NCBI GenBank assembly: GCA_963801165.1 | Contig: CAWDDT010000006.1 | Coordinates: 384,001-448,000, forward strand | From: an uncultured bacterium | Lineage (GTDB): Bacteria > Actinomycetota > Acidimicrobiia > Spongiisociales > UBA5794 | Direction of reading: 5' to 3' | DNA: 64,000 bases | Shown here: positions 46,800 to 57,205 of the stretch, piece by piece | How positions within the stretch are numbered: position 1 is the first letter of the stretch | How the letters are laid out: each line of letters starts with the position of its first letter | The notes under the pieces: model-generated | The model's input: the letters and a program-made list of their open reading frames with translations, nothing else | The model's database searches: none | Told to the model about the DNA's origin: nothing | Made by a program: the position numbers and the translations under genes

Positions 46800-49605
46800 G
46801 AAGGAATTTCCCCGTGTACGACTCGGAGACCGCGGCCACTTCCTCGGGCGTGCCCTCGGCGACGATGCGGCCACCGCCCTCACCGCCCTCGGGACCGAGG
46901 TCGATGATCCAGTCGGCGGTCTTGATGACATCGAGGTTGTGCTCAATGACGACCACCGTGTTCCCGGCATCGACCAGACGATGCAGCACGATCAGGAGCT
47001 TGCGAACATCCTCGAAGTGCAGCCCCGTCGTCGGCTCATCAAGCACATAGAAAGTCTGCCCGGTCGATCGCTTCCCCAGTTCCGACGCCAGCTTCACCCG
47101 CTGCGCCTCGCCACCGGAAAGCGTCGGAGCCGGCTGGCCGAGCGTTATGTAGCCGAGACCGACATCAAAGAGTGTCTGCAGGACACGGGCGATCCGGGGC
47201 TGATTCTCGAAGAAGTGGACCGCGGCCTCTACGGACATGTCGAGCACGTCGGCGATCGAGTGACCCTTGAACGTGATCTGGAGGGTCTCCCTGTTGTAGC
47301 GACGCCCCTTGCACACCTCACAGGGAATGTAGACATCAGGCAGGAAGTGCATCTCGATACGGATAGTGCCGTCCCCTTTGCAGGTCTCGCACCGCCCCCC
47401 GGACACATTGAACGAGAACCGACCGGGTTTGTAACCACGCATCCGTGCGTCGGACGTCGACGAGAACAGGTCGCGGATCTTGTCGAACACTTTGGTATAG
47501 GTGGCGGCGTTGGAGCGTGGCGTCCGCCCGATCGGGCTCTGGTCGATGTTGATGATCTTGTCGATCAGGTCGGTACCGGTGAAGCGACGGTGCCTTCCGG
47601 GCAGCTGATGCGATCCGTGCAGCTCGTGATGCAGACCCTTGGAGAGGATCTCCTCTACGAGCGAAGACTTTCCGCTTCCGGAGACACCGGTGACAACGGT
47701 CAGCGAGCCCAGCGGGAAGGCAACGGTGAGATCCTTGAGGTTGTTCTCGGCGGCGCCTTCGACTGTGATCGCTCCCCCGGTCCCGATCCGACGCACCTCA
47801 GGGACCAAGATCTCCCGCCTTCCGGCGAGGTAGTCGCCCGTGAGCGAATCCGGGGCGCCGGTGATCGCATCGAGATCTCCCTGGGCGACGATCCGACCAC
47901 CGTGAGCGCCTGCGCCCGGGCCGATGTCGACTATGTGGTCGGCAATCCGGATGGTCTCTTCGTCGTGCTCGACGACGATCAGCGTGTTCCCCAGGTCGCG
48001 GAGCCGCAGCAGGGTCTCGATCAGCCGCTGGTTGTCACGCTGGTGCAGCCCGATCGACGGTTCGTCGAGGATATAGAGGACGCCGACCAGACCGGAGCCG
48101 ATCTGGGTGGCCAGCCGGATCCGCTGAGCCTCGCCGCCGGCGAGCGTGGCGGCGCCCCGCATGAGAGTCAGATAGTCGAGCCCGACGTCGACCAGGAAGG
48201 AGAGACGTGCCTTGATCTCCTTGATGACGAGATGGGCGATCTTCGTGTCACGCTCGCTCAGCCGCAAACCCCCAACCCAATCGACCGTATTGCGCAACGA
48301 CATCGCCGACACCTCGAAGATGCTCTTGTCCGCCACGGTGACGGCCAGCGACACCTCGTTGAGCCTTCCCCCGTGGCACGCCCTACACGGCACCTCGCGC
48401 ATGAACTGCTCGTATTGCTGGCGGGCACCTTCCGAGTCGGTCTCCCGATAACGCCGATCCAGCCAGGGGATCACCCCCTCATATACCGTCTCGTACTGCC
48501 GTTTGCGGCCAAACCGGTTCTGGTAGACCACCGGGAAGGGCTTGTCGCCGGCACCGTTGAGCAGAAGCTCCTGCTGTTGCGTCTTCAGCCTCCGGAACGG
48601 GCGCCGCATGTCGATGCCCTCCCGCTGCGCCACCGACTCGAGCAGACGCCGCATGTAGCCCAGACGGTGCTGCGCGGCCCACGGCGCCAGCGCACCCTCC
48701 GCAAGACTGCGGTCGGGGTGCGGCACCACCAACTCCGGGTCGACCTGGTAGCGGGTTCCGATGCCGGTGCAGACCGGACATGCCCCGTATGGGCTGTTGA
48801 ACGAGAAGTTCCTCGGCTGCAACTCCTCGAACGACAAACCGCACTCGGGGCAGGCGAAGGCCTGGCTGAAGGTCAGCATGGGACCATCGACTACGTCGAT
48901 GAAGGCCACACCCTCGGCAAGTGACAGGGCTGTCTCGAGTGACTCGGTGAGCCGCTGCTCTATACCGTCTTTGCGCACCAGCCGGTCGACCACCACTTCG
49001 ATCGTGTGCTGGTAGTAGCGGTCGAGCTTGATCTCCTCGCTGAGATCGTGGACCTCGCCGTCGATGCGGGCCCGGCTGAAACCATCCTTGTGCAGGTCGG
49101 CGAGCAAAGACTCGTATTCGCCTTTCCGCCCTTGCACGACCGGCGCCAGGACCTGAAACCTCGTCCCATCAGCCAGGTCGAGAATCTGGTCGACGATCTG
49201 CTGTGGGGTTTGTCTGGCCACAACCGAGCCGTCCCGTGGACAATGTGGGATGCCGATGCGGGCGTAAAGCAGCCGCAGATAGTCGTGGATCTCGGTGACG
49301 GTTCCAACCGTCGACCTCGGGTTGCGACTCGCCGATTTCTGATCGATTGAGATCGCCGGAGACAGACCCTCGATGAAGTCAACGTCGGGCTTCTCCATCT
49401 GCCCAAGGAACTGGCGAGCATATGCGGACAGGCTCTCGACATAGCGACGCTGCCCCTCTGCATAGATGGTGTCAAACGCCAGCGACGACTTGCCAGAACC
49501 GGAGAGCCCGGTAAACACGATCAGCTCGTCGCGCGGCAACGTCAGGTCTACATCGTTGAGATTGTGCTCGCGGGCACCCTTGATGATGATGTTGCCGCTG
49601 CCCAA
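46780..49605 (-). CDS. uvrA: Excinuclease ABC subunit A
   Basis: [23 protein letters not shown], two ABC modules, Zn fingers. Confidence 0.98.
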   Translation of the reverse strand: MGSGNIIIKGAREHNLNDVDLTLPRDELIVFTGLSGSGKSSLAFDTIYAEGQRRYVESLSAYARQFLGQMEKPDVDFIEGLSPAISIDQKSASRNPRSTVGTVTEIHDYLRLLYARIGIPHCPRDGSVVARQTPQQIVDQILDLADGTRFQVLAPVVQGRKGEYESLLADLHKDGFSRARIDGEVHDLSEEIKLDRYYQHTIEVVVDRLVRKDGIEQRLTESLETALSLAEGVAFIDVVDGPMLTFSQAFACPECGLSFEELQPRNFSFNSPYGACPVCTGIGTRYQVDPELVVPHPDRSLAEGALAPWAAQHRLGYMRRLLESVAQREGIDMRRPFRRLKTQQQELLLNGAGDKPFPVVYQNRFGRKRQYETVYEGVIPWLDRRYRETDSEGARQQYEQFMREVPCRACHGGRLNEVSLAVTVADKSIFEVSAMSLRNTVDWVGGLRLSERDTKIAHLVIKEIKARLSFLVDVGLDYLTLMRGAATLAGGEAQRIRLATQIGSGLVGVLYILDEPSIGLHQRDNQRLIETLLRLRDLGNTLIVVEHDEETIRIADHIVDIGPGAGAHGGRIVAQGDLDAITGAPDSLTGDYLAGRREILVPEVRRIGTGGAITVEGAAENNLKDLTVAFPLGSLTVVTGVSGSGKSSLVEEILSKGLHHELHGSHQLPGRHRRFTGTDLIDKIINIDQSPIGRTPRSNAATYTKVFDKIRDLFSSTSDARMRGYKPGRFSFNVSGGRCETCKGDGTIRIEMHFLPDVYIPCEVCKGRRYNRETLQITFKGHSIADVLDMSVEAAVHFFENQPRIARVLQTLFDVGLGYITLGQPAPTLSGGEAQRVKLASELGKRSTGQTFYVLDEPTTGLHFEDVRKLLIVLHRLVDAGNTVVVIEHNLDVIKTADWIIDLGPEGGEGGGRIVAEGTPEEVAAVSESYTGKFLRDLLPG

Positions 49606-49647
49606 CGCTTCGCCGTCCTCTAGCCCTCAATCGCACGATCGGAGGCG

Positions 49648-49670
49648 ATTGTAGTTTGGGGGTGTGACAA
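49648..49670 (-). promoter_or_regulatory. PafBC/RecA-NDp-type promoter of uvrA
   Basis: TTGTCAC-acccccaaac-TACAAT. Confidence 0.72.
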
Positions 49671-49712
49671 GAAACGGCGGGAAGAAACCCGTTTGGAGGC
49701 ACCCACGAGCTG

Positions 49713-50918
49713 TCACGACGACTGCGAAGCTGGCCCGGCTGCGGCATTGCTCGTACCCGGGCGGCCTCGCAGCAATAGGTATGCCAGTGCGGCGAGGCCG
49801 ATGGGCCCGAGCGGGGACCACCCGAGCGTCTCCTTGCCCAACTGGAGCCAGGAAATCGCGATGAGAGCCGCCACGACCGGCGCCACCCGCCGCCAGGACG
49901 TCGCCACCACCACAAGGGCAGGTAATAGCAGGCCCCCGTCGTAGAAGAGCGTCTGTGGGGCTACCGCCATAGCGGCGGCGGCGGCCAGCCCCCAACGCCA
50001 GAGTGCTGCGTCGTGGGGGAATCGCCACCATTCCCGTGCGACTGCCAGCGCCACCAACAGCGCGAGCCCGTACCCGATCGTCTCGGCGAGGCGAGACCCG
50101 GCACCGAGTGAGTTCGCCAGGAAGCCGGGAAACGAGATGAAGTTCGGCCCGTTTGCCACCACGTTCAGGCTGCTGAAGTCTCCCGCCTGTCCCCACCAAT
50201 CGCCGAGCCAGCTCCCGCCCATCAGAAGGGTCGAGACGACAAACAGCGTGATCGCACCAGTTGCCCACCCTGCCAGCGCTCGCCAGCGTCTCGCGACAAG
50301 CAATAGCGGCAAAACCACGACGCCGAACTGCGGCTTGTATAGCAGCAGGGCGGCAACCAGCCCGGCGAGAAAGGCACGATCGTCGTGGTCGAGTCGGGCC
50401 GCCGCACTGAACAAGAGCAGAGACAGCGCGACGTTCTGGCCCCCGACCACGCCCGCAAACACCGGGTAGAAGGCAAGCGCGATTACCAGCAATGCCGGCT
50501 TCTGCAGCCTGGTCCAGCGCAACCACGGCTGAAGAGCCGCTATCGCACCCGCCAGGGCGAGCGCCATCAGAACCGTGTGGAGCAGGAACGCCCACCTGTA
50601 GCCCAGGTGGGTGAGCAGCCCGTACACGGCGGCGGCAAAGGGCGGGTAGGCGAAATAGAGGTAACCACCCTCGTCGTTGATCAGCCCGGCCTGCTCCTGC
50701 TGCTGGCGTCCGGCGTCGTATAGCTGGTCCCATTCACCGCTCGCAGCGATCGCACCTGCCCCGTAGAACGTTGGGTAATCGCCCCCGAGCCTGCTGGCCG
50801 GATCATCGACGTCGTAACGCACGGTGGCCAGTAGGAGCGCCAGAGCCAGGGCAGTCAGGATCGCCAGTGGATATACCCTTAGTCGCCACGAATACCCGTC
50901 GCCCGATCCGCTAGTCAC
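49713..50918 (-). CDS. GT87/DUF2029-like polytopic glycosyltransferase
   Basis: GGDYPTFY, FAYPP, GQN, YKPQ, FYD motifs; many TMs. Confidence 0.8.
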   Translation of the reverse strand: MTSGSGDGYSWRLRVYPLAILTALALALLLATVRYDVDDPASRLGGDYPTFYGAGAIAASGEWDQLYDAGRQQQEQAGLINDEGGYLYFAYPPFAAAVYGLLTHLGYRWAFLLHTVLMALALAGAIAALQPWLRWTRLQKPALLVIALAFYPVFAGVVGGQNVALSLLLFSAAARLDHDDRAFLAGLVAALLLYKPQFGVVVLPLLLVARRWRALAGWATGAITLFVVSTLLMGGSWLGDWWGQAGDFSSLNVVANGPNFISFPGFLANSLGAGSRLAETIGYGLALLVALAVAREWWRFPHDAALWRWGLAAAAAMAVAPQTLFYDGGLLLPALVVVATSWRRVAPVVAALIAISWLQLGKETLGWSPLGPIGLAALAYLLLRGRPGTSNAAAGPASQSS

Positions 50919-50955
50919 GGTGGAGACGATACCGCCTGTGCCGAGGGCACAGGCG

Positions 50956-52968
50956 TCATCGTGCGGCTTCCCTGACCTCGCGTAGCTCCTGTTTCAGCCC
51001 GCTCACCTCGTCACGGAGACGAGCGGCATACTCGAAACGCAGTTCGGTAGCCGCAATGTGCATCTCTTCCTCCAGGCTCTGGATGAGCCGGCGCAGGTCC
51101 GACGTGTCCATGTCGAGAGGCTTGCGCTCCCGGTTCTCGCGCACCCGCCGATCCGCCGACGGCGAATCAGACGACTGGACGAGGGCGAGGATATCGCTCA
51201 CCTTCTTCCGGATCGTCTGTGGATCGATTCCGTGCTCCTCGTTGAAGTCCTTCTGGAGCCGGCGGCGCCGGTTGGTCTCGCTTATCGCCCACTGCATCGA
51301 GTCGGTGACGGAGTCGGCGTACATGATGACCTGACCCTCGACATTGCGCGCTGCCCGGCCGATCGTTTGCACGAGCGAGGTCTGTGATCGCAGGAATCCC
51401 TCCTTGTCGGCATCCAGGATGGCCACCAGGGAGACCTCCGGCAGGTCGAGCCCCTCCCGCAACAGGTTGACTCCGACCAGGACGTCGTATTCCCCCCGCC
51501 GCAACTCGCTGAGGATCTGCACCCGCTCGAGCGTGTCGATGTCCGAATGCAAGTAGCGAGCCTTCACACCGAGCTCGAGCAGGTAGTCGGTGAGATCCTC
51601 GGACATCTTCTTTGTCAACGTCGTCACCAGCACCCTCTGGTCCCGCTCCGCACGCAGCTGGATCTCCTCGAGGAGGTCGTCGATCTGACCCTTGGTCGGC
51701 CTCACGATCACCTCGGGGTCAACCAGACCGGTGGGACGGATCACCTGCTCTACGACCTGGTCGGATGTGTCGAGCTCCCATCGACTCGGCGTTGCCGACA
51801 GGAGGACGCATTGGTTGGTCCTCTCGAACCACTCTTCGAAGGTGATCGGACGGTTGTCGAGCGCCGACGGCAACCGGAATCCGTGTGCGACGAGAACCTC
51901 TTTGCGGCTGCGATCGCCGGCGTATTGACCATGGATCTGAGGGATTGTCACGTGGCTCTCGTCGATGATGGTGAGGTAGTTGTCGGGGAAGTAATCGAGC
52001 AACGTGTACGGAGGGCTCCCCGCCGTGCGCTCGTCGAGGTGACGTGAGTAGTTTTCGATACCGGCGCAGGTGCCGATTTCCCGCATCATCTCCATGTCGT
52101 ACGAGGTACGCATCCGGAGCCTCTGCGCCTCGAGGAGCTTCCCCTGAGTCTCGAGCTCGTCGAGGCGTTGGTGGAGCTCTGTCTCAATATTGCCGACCGC
52201 CCGCAACATCCTTTCCCGCCCTGCGACGTAGTGGGTGGCGGGATAGACCATCACTTCCCGCATCTCCTCGAGTATCTCACCGGTGACCGGGTTCATGCGC
52301 AGGATTCGGTCCACCTCGTCGCCGAAGTACTCGATCCGGTATATGGTTTCCTCGTAGGCCGGGAAGACCTCGAGCGTGTCCCCCTTCAGCCGGAACTTCC
52401 CGCGCACCAGGTTCATCTCGTTGCGCTCATATTGGATGTCGACCAACCGCCGCACGGCGTCCTGGAGCGGAAACTCGACACCGCGGATGACCCGCAGCAG
52501 CCGGCCCTCGTACTGTTCCGGCGAGCCGAGACCGTAAATGGCCGACACCGAAGCCACGATGATCACGTCCTCACGGGTCAGCAGCGCCGCTGTTGCGGAG
52601 TGTCGGAGACGGTCGATCTCATCGTTCATCGTCGACTCCTTCTCGATGTAGGTGTCGGTTTGAGCGATGTACGCCTCCGGCTGGTAATAGTCGTAATAGC
52701 TGACGAAGTACTCGACCCGGTTCTCGGGGAAGAACTCACGGAACTCGTTGGCGAGCTGGGCAGCCAGGGCCTTGTTGGGAGCGAGAACGAGTGTCGGTCT
52801 CTGCACTTGCTCGATCAGCCAAGCGATCGTTGCCGATTTGCCGGAACCGGTGATCCCCAGAAGGGTCTGGAAACGGTCGCCGCGGTACACCCCCTCAGCC
52901 AGCCGGGCAATGGCTTCCGGTTGATCTCCTGCTGGAGAGAAGTCGCTATGAACCTTGAAGGGTCGCAT
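50956..52968 (-). CDS. uvrB: Excinuclease ABC subunit B
   Basis: [37 protein letters not shown]. Confidence 0.98.
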   Translation of the reverse strand: MRPFKVHSDFSPAGDQPEAIARLAEGVYRGDRFQTLLGITGSGKSATIAWLIEQVQRPTLVLAPNKALAAQLANEFREFFPENRVEYFVSYYDYYQPEAYIAQTDTYIEKESTMNDEIDRLRHSATAALLTREDVIIVASVSAIYGLGSPEQYEGRLLRVIRGVEFPLQDAVRRLVDIQYERNEMNLVRGKFRLKGDTLEVFPAYEETIYRIEYFGDEVDRILRMNPVTGEILEEMREVMVYPATHYVAGRERMLRAVGNIETELHQRLDELETQGKLLEAQRLRMRTSYDMEMMREIGTCAGIENYSRHLDERTAGSPPYTLLDYFPDNYLTIIDESHVTIPQIHGQYAGDRSRKEVLVAHGFRLPSALDNRPITFEEWFERTNQCVLLSATPSRWELDTSDQVVEQVIRPTGLVDPEVIVRPTKGQIDDLLEEIQLRAERDQRVLVTTLTKKMSEDLTDYLLELGVKARYLHSDIDTLERVQILSELRRGEYDVLVGVNLLREGLDLPEVSLVAILDADKEGFLRSQTSLVQTIGRAARNVEGQVIMYADSVTDSMQWAISETNRRRRLQKDFNEEHGIDPQTIRKKVSDILALVQSSDSPSADRRVRENRERKPLDMDTSDLRRLIQSLEEEMHIAATELRFEYAARLRDEVSGLKQELREVREAAR

Positions 52969-52974
52969 TGCGTC

Positions 52975-52997
52975 AGCGTACCCGCCGGGTGTGACAA
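52975..52997 (-). promoter_or_regulatory. PafBC/RecA-NDp-type leaderless promoter of uvrB
   Basis: TTGTCAC-acccggcggg-TACGCT-N6-ATG. Confidence 0.72.
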
Positions 52998-53013
52998 AAA
53001 CGCACGCGCCCGA

Positions 53014-53622
53014 TCATCGACTCGAGCGCGAGGTCAGCGTCGCCCACAATTCATCGACTTGCGCCGCCAGGTCGGCAAACGAACCGCGGTTGTCGATCAC
53101 GTAGTCGGCGTGCGACAGCCACGAGTCGCGCTTGGGTTGCACCGCAAGCCTGCGGGCGACATCGGCTGGATCCATCCCCCGCCCCACCGCCCGGACGGCC
53201 CGGATCTCTCTCGGAGCATCGACCACCACCCTCGTCCAGTCGGCATCGGCTCGCTCCTGCGCCAGCGGCAGCTCGACGACCACGTCGCGACTACCTGCCC
53301 CGACCACCCTCTTTGCGATCTCCGCCGCGATGAGAGGGTGCGTGATGGCTTCGAGCTCGGCGAGCTGCTCCCGATCGGAGAATACGATTGCGGCGAGCCG
53401 CCACCGCTCGATCCGGCCATCCACAACAGTCTCCGGCCATCGCCCGGCCACCTGGTCGAATGCGGCACCCCCCGGTTCCAATACGTCATGACCGATCTGA
53501 TCGGCTTCGATCACCAACGCACCCCGGTCGGCGAGCAGCCGGGTCACGCTGGTCTTTCCGCTGCCGATTCCCCCGCTCACGATGATCCGGAGCGGTTGTC
53601 TGGCATTGTCAACGGACCTCAC
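53014..53622 (-). CDS. coaE: Dephospho-CoA kinase
   Basis: SGGIGSGKT, IEADQIGH, LEAITHP, ADYVIDN; GTG start at 53622. Confidence 0.93.
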   Translation of the reverse strand: MRSVDNARQPLRIIVSGGIGSGKTSVTRLLADRGALVIEADQIGHDVLEPGGAAFDQVAGRWPETVVDGRIERWRLAAIVFSDREQLAELEAITHPLIAAEIAKRVVGAGSRDVVVELPLAQERADADWTRVVVDAPREIRAVRAVGRGMDPADVARRLAVQPKRDSWLSHADYVIDNRGSFADLAAQVDELWATLTSRSSR

Positions 53623-53645
53623 GCCCGGGACTGTACCCTGTGACG

Positions 53646-55151
53646 ATGCTGACGGCTCGCGACCCTTGGGAACAGCGGCTCGATTGGTTGTTGCGCGTCG
53701 TTCTGTGGGCTTCGCTGACATTTTCCGTGATCGTCACCACGATCGTGTACGGGGCGACTGCCAACGTCGGAATATCGGCACTTCTCGCCGGTGCCTGGGT
53801 GGTTACGATGCAAGTCGTCCCGGACAGCCACCGCAACTCGGAGCAATGGGGTGAGCTGCTTGCGGTCGTTGGTGTGGTCGTCTCGCTGGTCGCGATCGCC
53901 CTGACGGGAGGCGGCGACTCGGCATACGTGCTCTTCCTCGCCGGGGCGCCCCTGTTCGCCGCCAGCTTCCTCGGTACCCGGATCGCATACGAGACCGGCG
54001 CCCTGACCATCGCCGGCTTGTTCGTGATCGCCCGTGCCCTTGGCAAGTCGTTGTTCGACCAGTCGACTTTGCTCTCGGCGCTTCTGTACGCCCTCATCGC
54101 GATCTCTTTCACACAGGTGCGCAGGCTGCTCATCGAGACCCGCGAGAAGAGCGTCGAGCTGATGGCCGCCACGGCCCGGGTGGAGCGTATCCAGAGCGCC
54201 CACACCCTGCTCACAAGCCTCTCGGAGCTGGCCAACATCCAGGAGCTGAACCCGGTCACCATCGGCACGGTCGCTCTGCGCGACCTGTCTGCGACGGTGC
54301 CGTTTGCCGCGGGACGGGTGAGCGTGATCAGGGATGACGGCGACGTGCTGGTCGTAGCCACCCGCGGCGAACCGGACCAGGACACCCCGCCGCAACGCTA
54401 CGACATCGCAATCCGCGGCAACCGGCTCGGCGCCATGGAGCTGTGGCCCATCGCTGATCAGCCGCTACGCGACCATCTCCCGGCGATCCAGCCCATCGTG
54501 AGACAGCTCGGCCTGGCGTTCGACAACGTCGCCCTCGTGCAACGTATCGCCCACCGCACGGTATACGAGGAGCGGGTGCGTCTCGCCAGGGAGCTGCACG
54601 ACAACATCGGTCCCGGCCTCGCCTCGCTCGGACTCCGTCTCGACATGCTCATCTTCCAGGAGACCGACAGCCCGGAGCTGGCGCGTCACCTCGAGGGAAC
54701 CCGGGCGGCGGTAACGGCGCTGGTCGAGGAGGTCCGCACCACCGTGCGGGACCTGAGACACGACAATGTCGCATCCATTGTGGAACAGGCCTACGAGATA
54801 GTGGCCTCCGAGGCAGGATCCGGGCCCGAGATCCACATCGCGATACAGGAGCAACGTCCCCCCCGTCCGGCGGTCGCTGTGGAGCTCCGGGCCATTCTGA
54901 CTGAGGCGGTACGTAACGCGATCGAACACTCGCAGGCAACCCGCCTCTCGATCGAGGGGGCTGTCGACCGCGACAGGGGAAACATCACGGTTGCCGACAA
55001 TGGCCGGGGATTCGACCCCGACGATCTGCCTCCGGGTCACTACGGTGTGCTCGGGATGCGGGAACGAGCCAAGGAGATCGGCGGCACGCTCGAGATCGAA
55101 TCCAGACCATCGGGAGGCAGCCGCGTTACCATCGCATGGGAGGCCGACTGA
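53646..55151 (+). CDS. Membrane sensor histidine kinase (HisKA_3/NarX-like)
   Basis: ~5-6 TMs, ERVRLARELHD, EAVRNAIEHS, DNGRGF, GVLGMRER. Confidence 0.92.
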   Translation: MLTARDPWEQRLDWLLRVVLWASLTFSVIVTTIVYGATANVGISALLAGAWVVTMQVVPDSHRNSEQWGELLAVVGVVVSLVAIALTGGGDSAYVLFLAGAPLFAASFLGTRIAYETGALTIAGLFVIARALGKSLFDQSTLLSALLYALIAISFTQVRRLLIETREKSVELMAATARVERIQSAHTLLTSLSELANIQELNPVTIGTVALRDLSATVPFAAGRVSVIRDDGDVLVVATRGEPDQDTPPQRYDIAIRGNRLGAMELWPIADQPLRDHLPAIQPIVRQLGLAFDNVALVQRIAHRTVYEERVRLARELHDNIGPGLASLGLRLDMLIFQETDSPELARHLEGTRAAVTALVEEVRTTVRDLRHDNVASIVEQAYEIVASEAGSGPEIHIAIQEQRPPRPAVAVELRAILTEAVRNAIEHSQATRLSIEGAVDRDRGNITVADNGRGFDPDDLPPGHYGVLGMRERAKEIGGTLEIESRPSGGSRVTIAWEAD

Positions 55152-55152
55152 G

Positions 55153-55782
55153 TTGACCATCAAAATTGTCATCGCCGATGATCACAACATGATGCGGGAG
55201 GGGCTCTCCCAGGCGCTCGACAGCATCCCCGACATCGAAGTGATCGCCAGCGCGGCCGACGGCAGAGAGCTGCTCGAGCGGCTCCAGGAGACAACACCCG
55301 ACGTCATTCTCGTCGACATCGAGATGCCACGTCTCAGCGGTATCGGTGCACTCCGTGAGCTTGTGGGCGGACCACCCGCGATCGTCGTCACCATGCACAG
55401 CGACGAGGCACAACGCAAGAAGGCCGCCGCCGCCGGAGCGAAGGGCTTTCTCTCCAAGGCCGCCCCACTCCCCGACCTGGCCGCAGCCATCAGAGCGGTA
55501 GCCGCAGGCGAGACGCTCATCGACGAGGCAACGACCCCGCAGATCCTAGATCAGCATCGCCAGCCGGTTCTCGACGAGGGAGCAGCGGCATTGACCGCTC
55601 GGGAGCGGGAGCTTCTCAAACTGCTCGCCTCGGGTGTCAGCAGCACGGACGATCTCGCAGACCGTCTCTACATCTCGCAGAAAACGGTGAAGAACCATCT
55701 CGCCAGCATCTACGAGAAGCTCGCCATAACCGATCGTGCCCAGGCCGTCGTCGAAGCGATCCGGCTCGGAATTCACCGGTAG
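55153..55782 (+). CDS. NarL/LuxR family response regulator
   Basis: IADDH, LVDIEMP, LTARERE, ISQKTVKNHLASIYEKL; TTG start. Confidence 0.93.
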   Translation: MTIKIVIADDHNMMREGLSQALDSIPDIEVIASAADGRELLERLQETTPDVILVDIEMPRLSGIGALRELVGGPPAIVVTMHSDEAQRKKAAAAGAKGFLSKAAPLPDLAAAIRAVAAGETLIDEATTPQILDQHRQPVLDEGAAALTARERELLKLLASGVSSTDDLADRLYISQKTVKNHLASIYEKLAITDRAQAVVEAIRLGIHR

Positions 55783-55824
55783 CTGCGAAATGCGACAAAA
55801 CGTGCGATTGGGTCGACCGACCTA

Positions 55825-55851
55825 TAAAGGTCGCTCCGATCGTGCCGATAC
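55825..55851 (+). promoter_or_regulatory. Sigma-28 (FliA/WhiG)-like promoter, cassette 1
   Basis: TAAA-N15-GCCGATAC. Confidence 0.7.
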
Positions 55852-55888
55852 ATCGAGTGGATCACCCTGCCAAGAAGGAAAGAACACC

Positions 55889-56059
55889 ATGCTCCAGATG
55901 TGGATCGCACTCAAGAACCGCTTCGAGACCGAAGATGGCGCCTCGCTCGTCGAGTACGCACTCCTCGTAGCCCTCATCGCCATTGTGGCACTGATCGCCA
56001 TCACGGCGGTCGGCACCAAGGTCTCCGCCAACTTCAGCGAGATCGCCGCAACCCTCTAG
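55889..56059 (+). CDS. flp: Flp family type IVb pilin, copy 1 (V41 allele)
   Basis: EDG/ASLVEYALLVALIAIV; 56 aa. Confidence 0.93.
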   Translation: MLQMWIALKNRFETEDGASLVEYALLVALIAIVALIAITAVGTKVSANFSEIAATL

Positions 56060-56080
56060 CCGACCCAACACCTACACACC

Positions 56081-56112
56081 GAATCGGGGCCCCAAACGGA
56101 GGCCCCGATTTC
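56081..56112 (+). terminator. Terminator hairpin, repeated after each pilin copy
   Basis: AATCGGGGCC-ccaaacgga-GGCCCCGATT-TC. Confidence 0.75.
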
Positions 56113-56224
56113 GTATGTGCGATCTTGTCTGTGTCGTCTCTGCCACCACTCTTGGTGTTGGCTGAACCACTACTCCTGGTGTTGGCTGACCACTGACTGT
56201 TGACCGAATGAGTCGATCGACCTA

Positions 56225-56251
56225 TAAAGGTCGCTCCGATCGCGCCGATAC
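56225..56251 (+). promoter_or_regulatory. Sigma-28-like promoter, cassette 2
   Basis: TAAA-N15-GCCGATAC. Confidence 0.7.
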
Positions 56252-56290
56252 ATCGATTGGATCACCCTGCCAAGAAGGAAAGACACAACC

Positions 56291-56461
56291 ATGCTCCAGA
56301 TGTGGATCGCACTCAAGAACCGCTTCGAGACCGAAGATGGCGCCTCGCTCGTCGAATACGCACTCCTCGTAGCCCTCATCGCCATTGTGGCACTGATCGC
56401 CATCACGGCGCTCGGCACCAAGGTCTCCGCCAACTTCAGCGAGATCGCCGCAACCCTCTAG
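56291..56461 (+). CDS. flp: Flp pilin, copy 2 (L41 allele); absent from ORF track
   Basis: Same ORF read directly from DNA, CTC at codon 41. Confidence 0.93.
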   Translation: MLQMWIALKNRFETEDGASLVEYALLVALIAIVALIAITALGTKVSANFSEIAATL

Positions 56462-56602
56462 CCGACCCAACACCTACACACCGAATCGGGGCCCCAAACG
56501 GAGGCCCCGATTTCGTATGTGCGATCTTGTCTGTGCCGTCCCTGCCACCACTCCTGGTGTTGGCTGACCACTGACTGTTGACCGAATGAGTCGATCGGCC
56601 TA

Positions 56603-56629
56603 TCAAGGTCGCTCCGATCGCGCCGATAC
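56603..56629 (+). promoter_or_regulatory. Sigma-28-like promoter, cassette 3
   Basis: TCAA-N15-GCCGATAC. Confidence 0.65.
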
Positions 56630-56666
56630 ATCGATTGGATCACCCTGCCAAGGAGGAAAGAAGACC

Positions 56667-56837
56667 ATGCTCCAGATGTGGATCGCACTCAAGAACCGCT
56701 TCGAGACCGAAGATGGCGCCTCGCTCGTCGAATACGCACTCCTCGTAGCCCTCATCGCCATTGTGGCACTGATCGCCATCACGGCGCTCGGCACCAAGGT
56801 CTCCGCCAACTTCAGCGAGATCGCCGCAACCCTCTAG
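56667..56837 (+). CDS. flp: Flp pilin, copy 3 (L41 allele)
   Basis: Same ORF, CTC at codon 41. Confidence 0.93.
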   Translation: MLQMWIALKNRFETEDGASLVEYALLVALIAIVALIAITALGTKVSANFSEIAATL

Positions 56838-57034
56838 CCGACCCAACACCTACACACCGAATCGGGGCCCCAAACGGAGGCCCCGATTTCGTATGTGCCG
56901 TCCCTGCCACCACTCTTGGTGTTGGCTGACCACTGACTGTGACCGAATGGGTCGACCGACCCATTGAGCATCGACGTGTACCCGATAGATTGCAGTTAGC
57001 CAAAGGATCACCCTGCCAAGGAGGAAAGAACACC

Positions 57035-57205
57035 ATGCTCCAGATGTGGATCGCACTCAAGAACCGCTTCGAGACCGAAGATGGCGCCTCGCTCGTCGAG
57101 TACGCACTCCTCGTAGCCCTCATCGCCATTGTGGCACTGATCGCCATCACGGCGGTCGGCACCAAGGTCTCCGCCAACTTCAGCGAGATCGCCGCAACCC
57201 TCTAG
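57035..57205 (+). CDS. flp: Flp pilin, copy 4 (V41 allele)
   Basis: Same ORF, GTC at codon 41; different upstream segment. Confidence 0.93.
   Translation: MLQMWIALKNRFETEDGASLVEYALLVALIAIVALIAITAVGTKVSANFSEIAATL

Noticed and set aside
46939-48924. Long antisense ORFs (also 40445-42037, 52168-53643, 32581-33969)
   Set aside because: Shadow ORFs opposite conserved genes, expected from high-GC codon bias; no recognisable motifs
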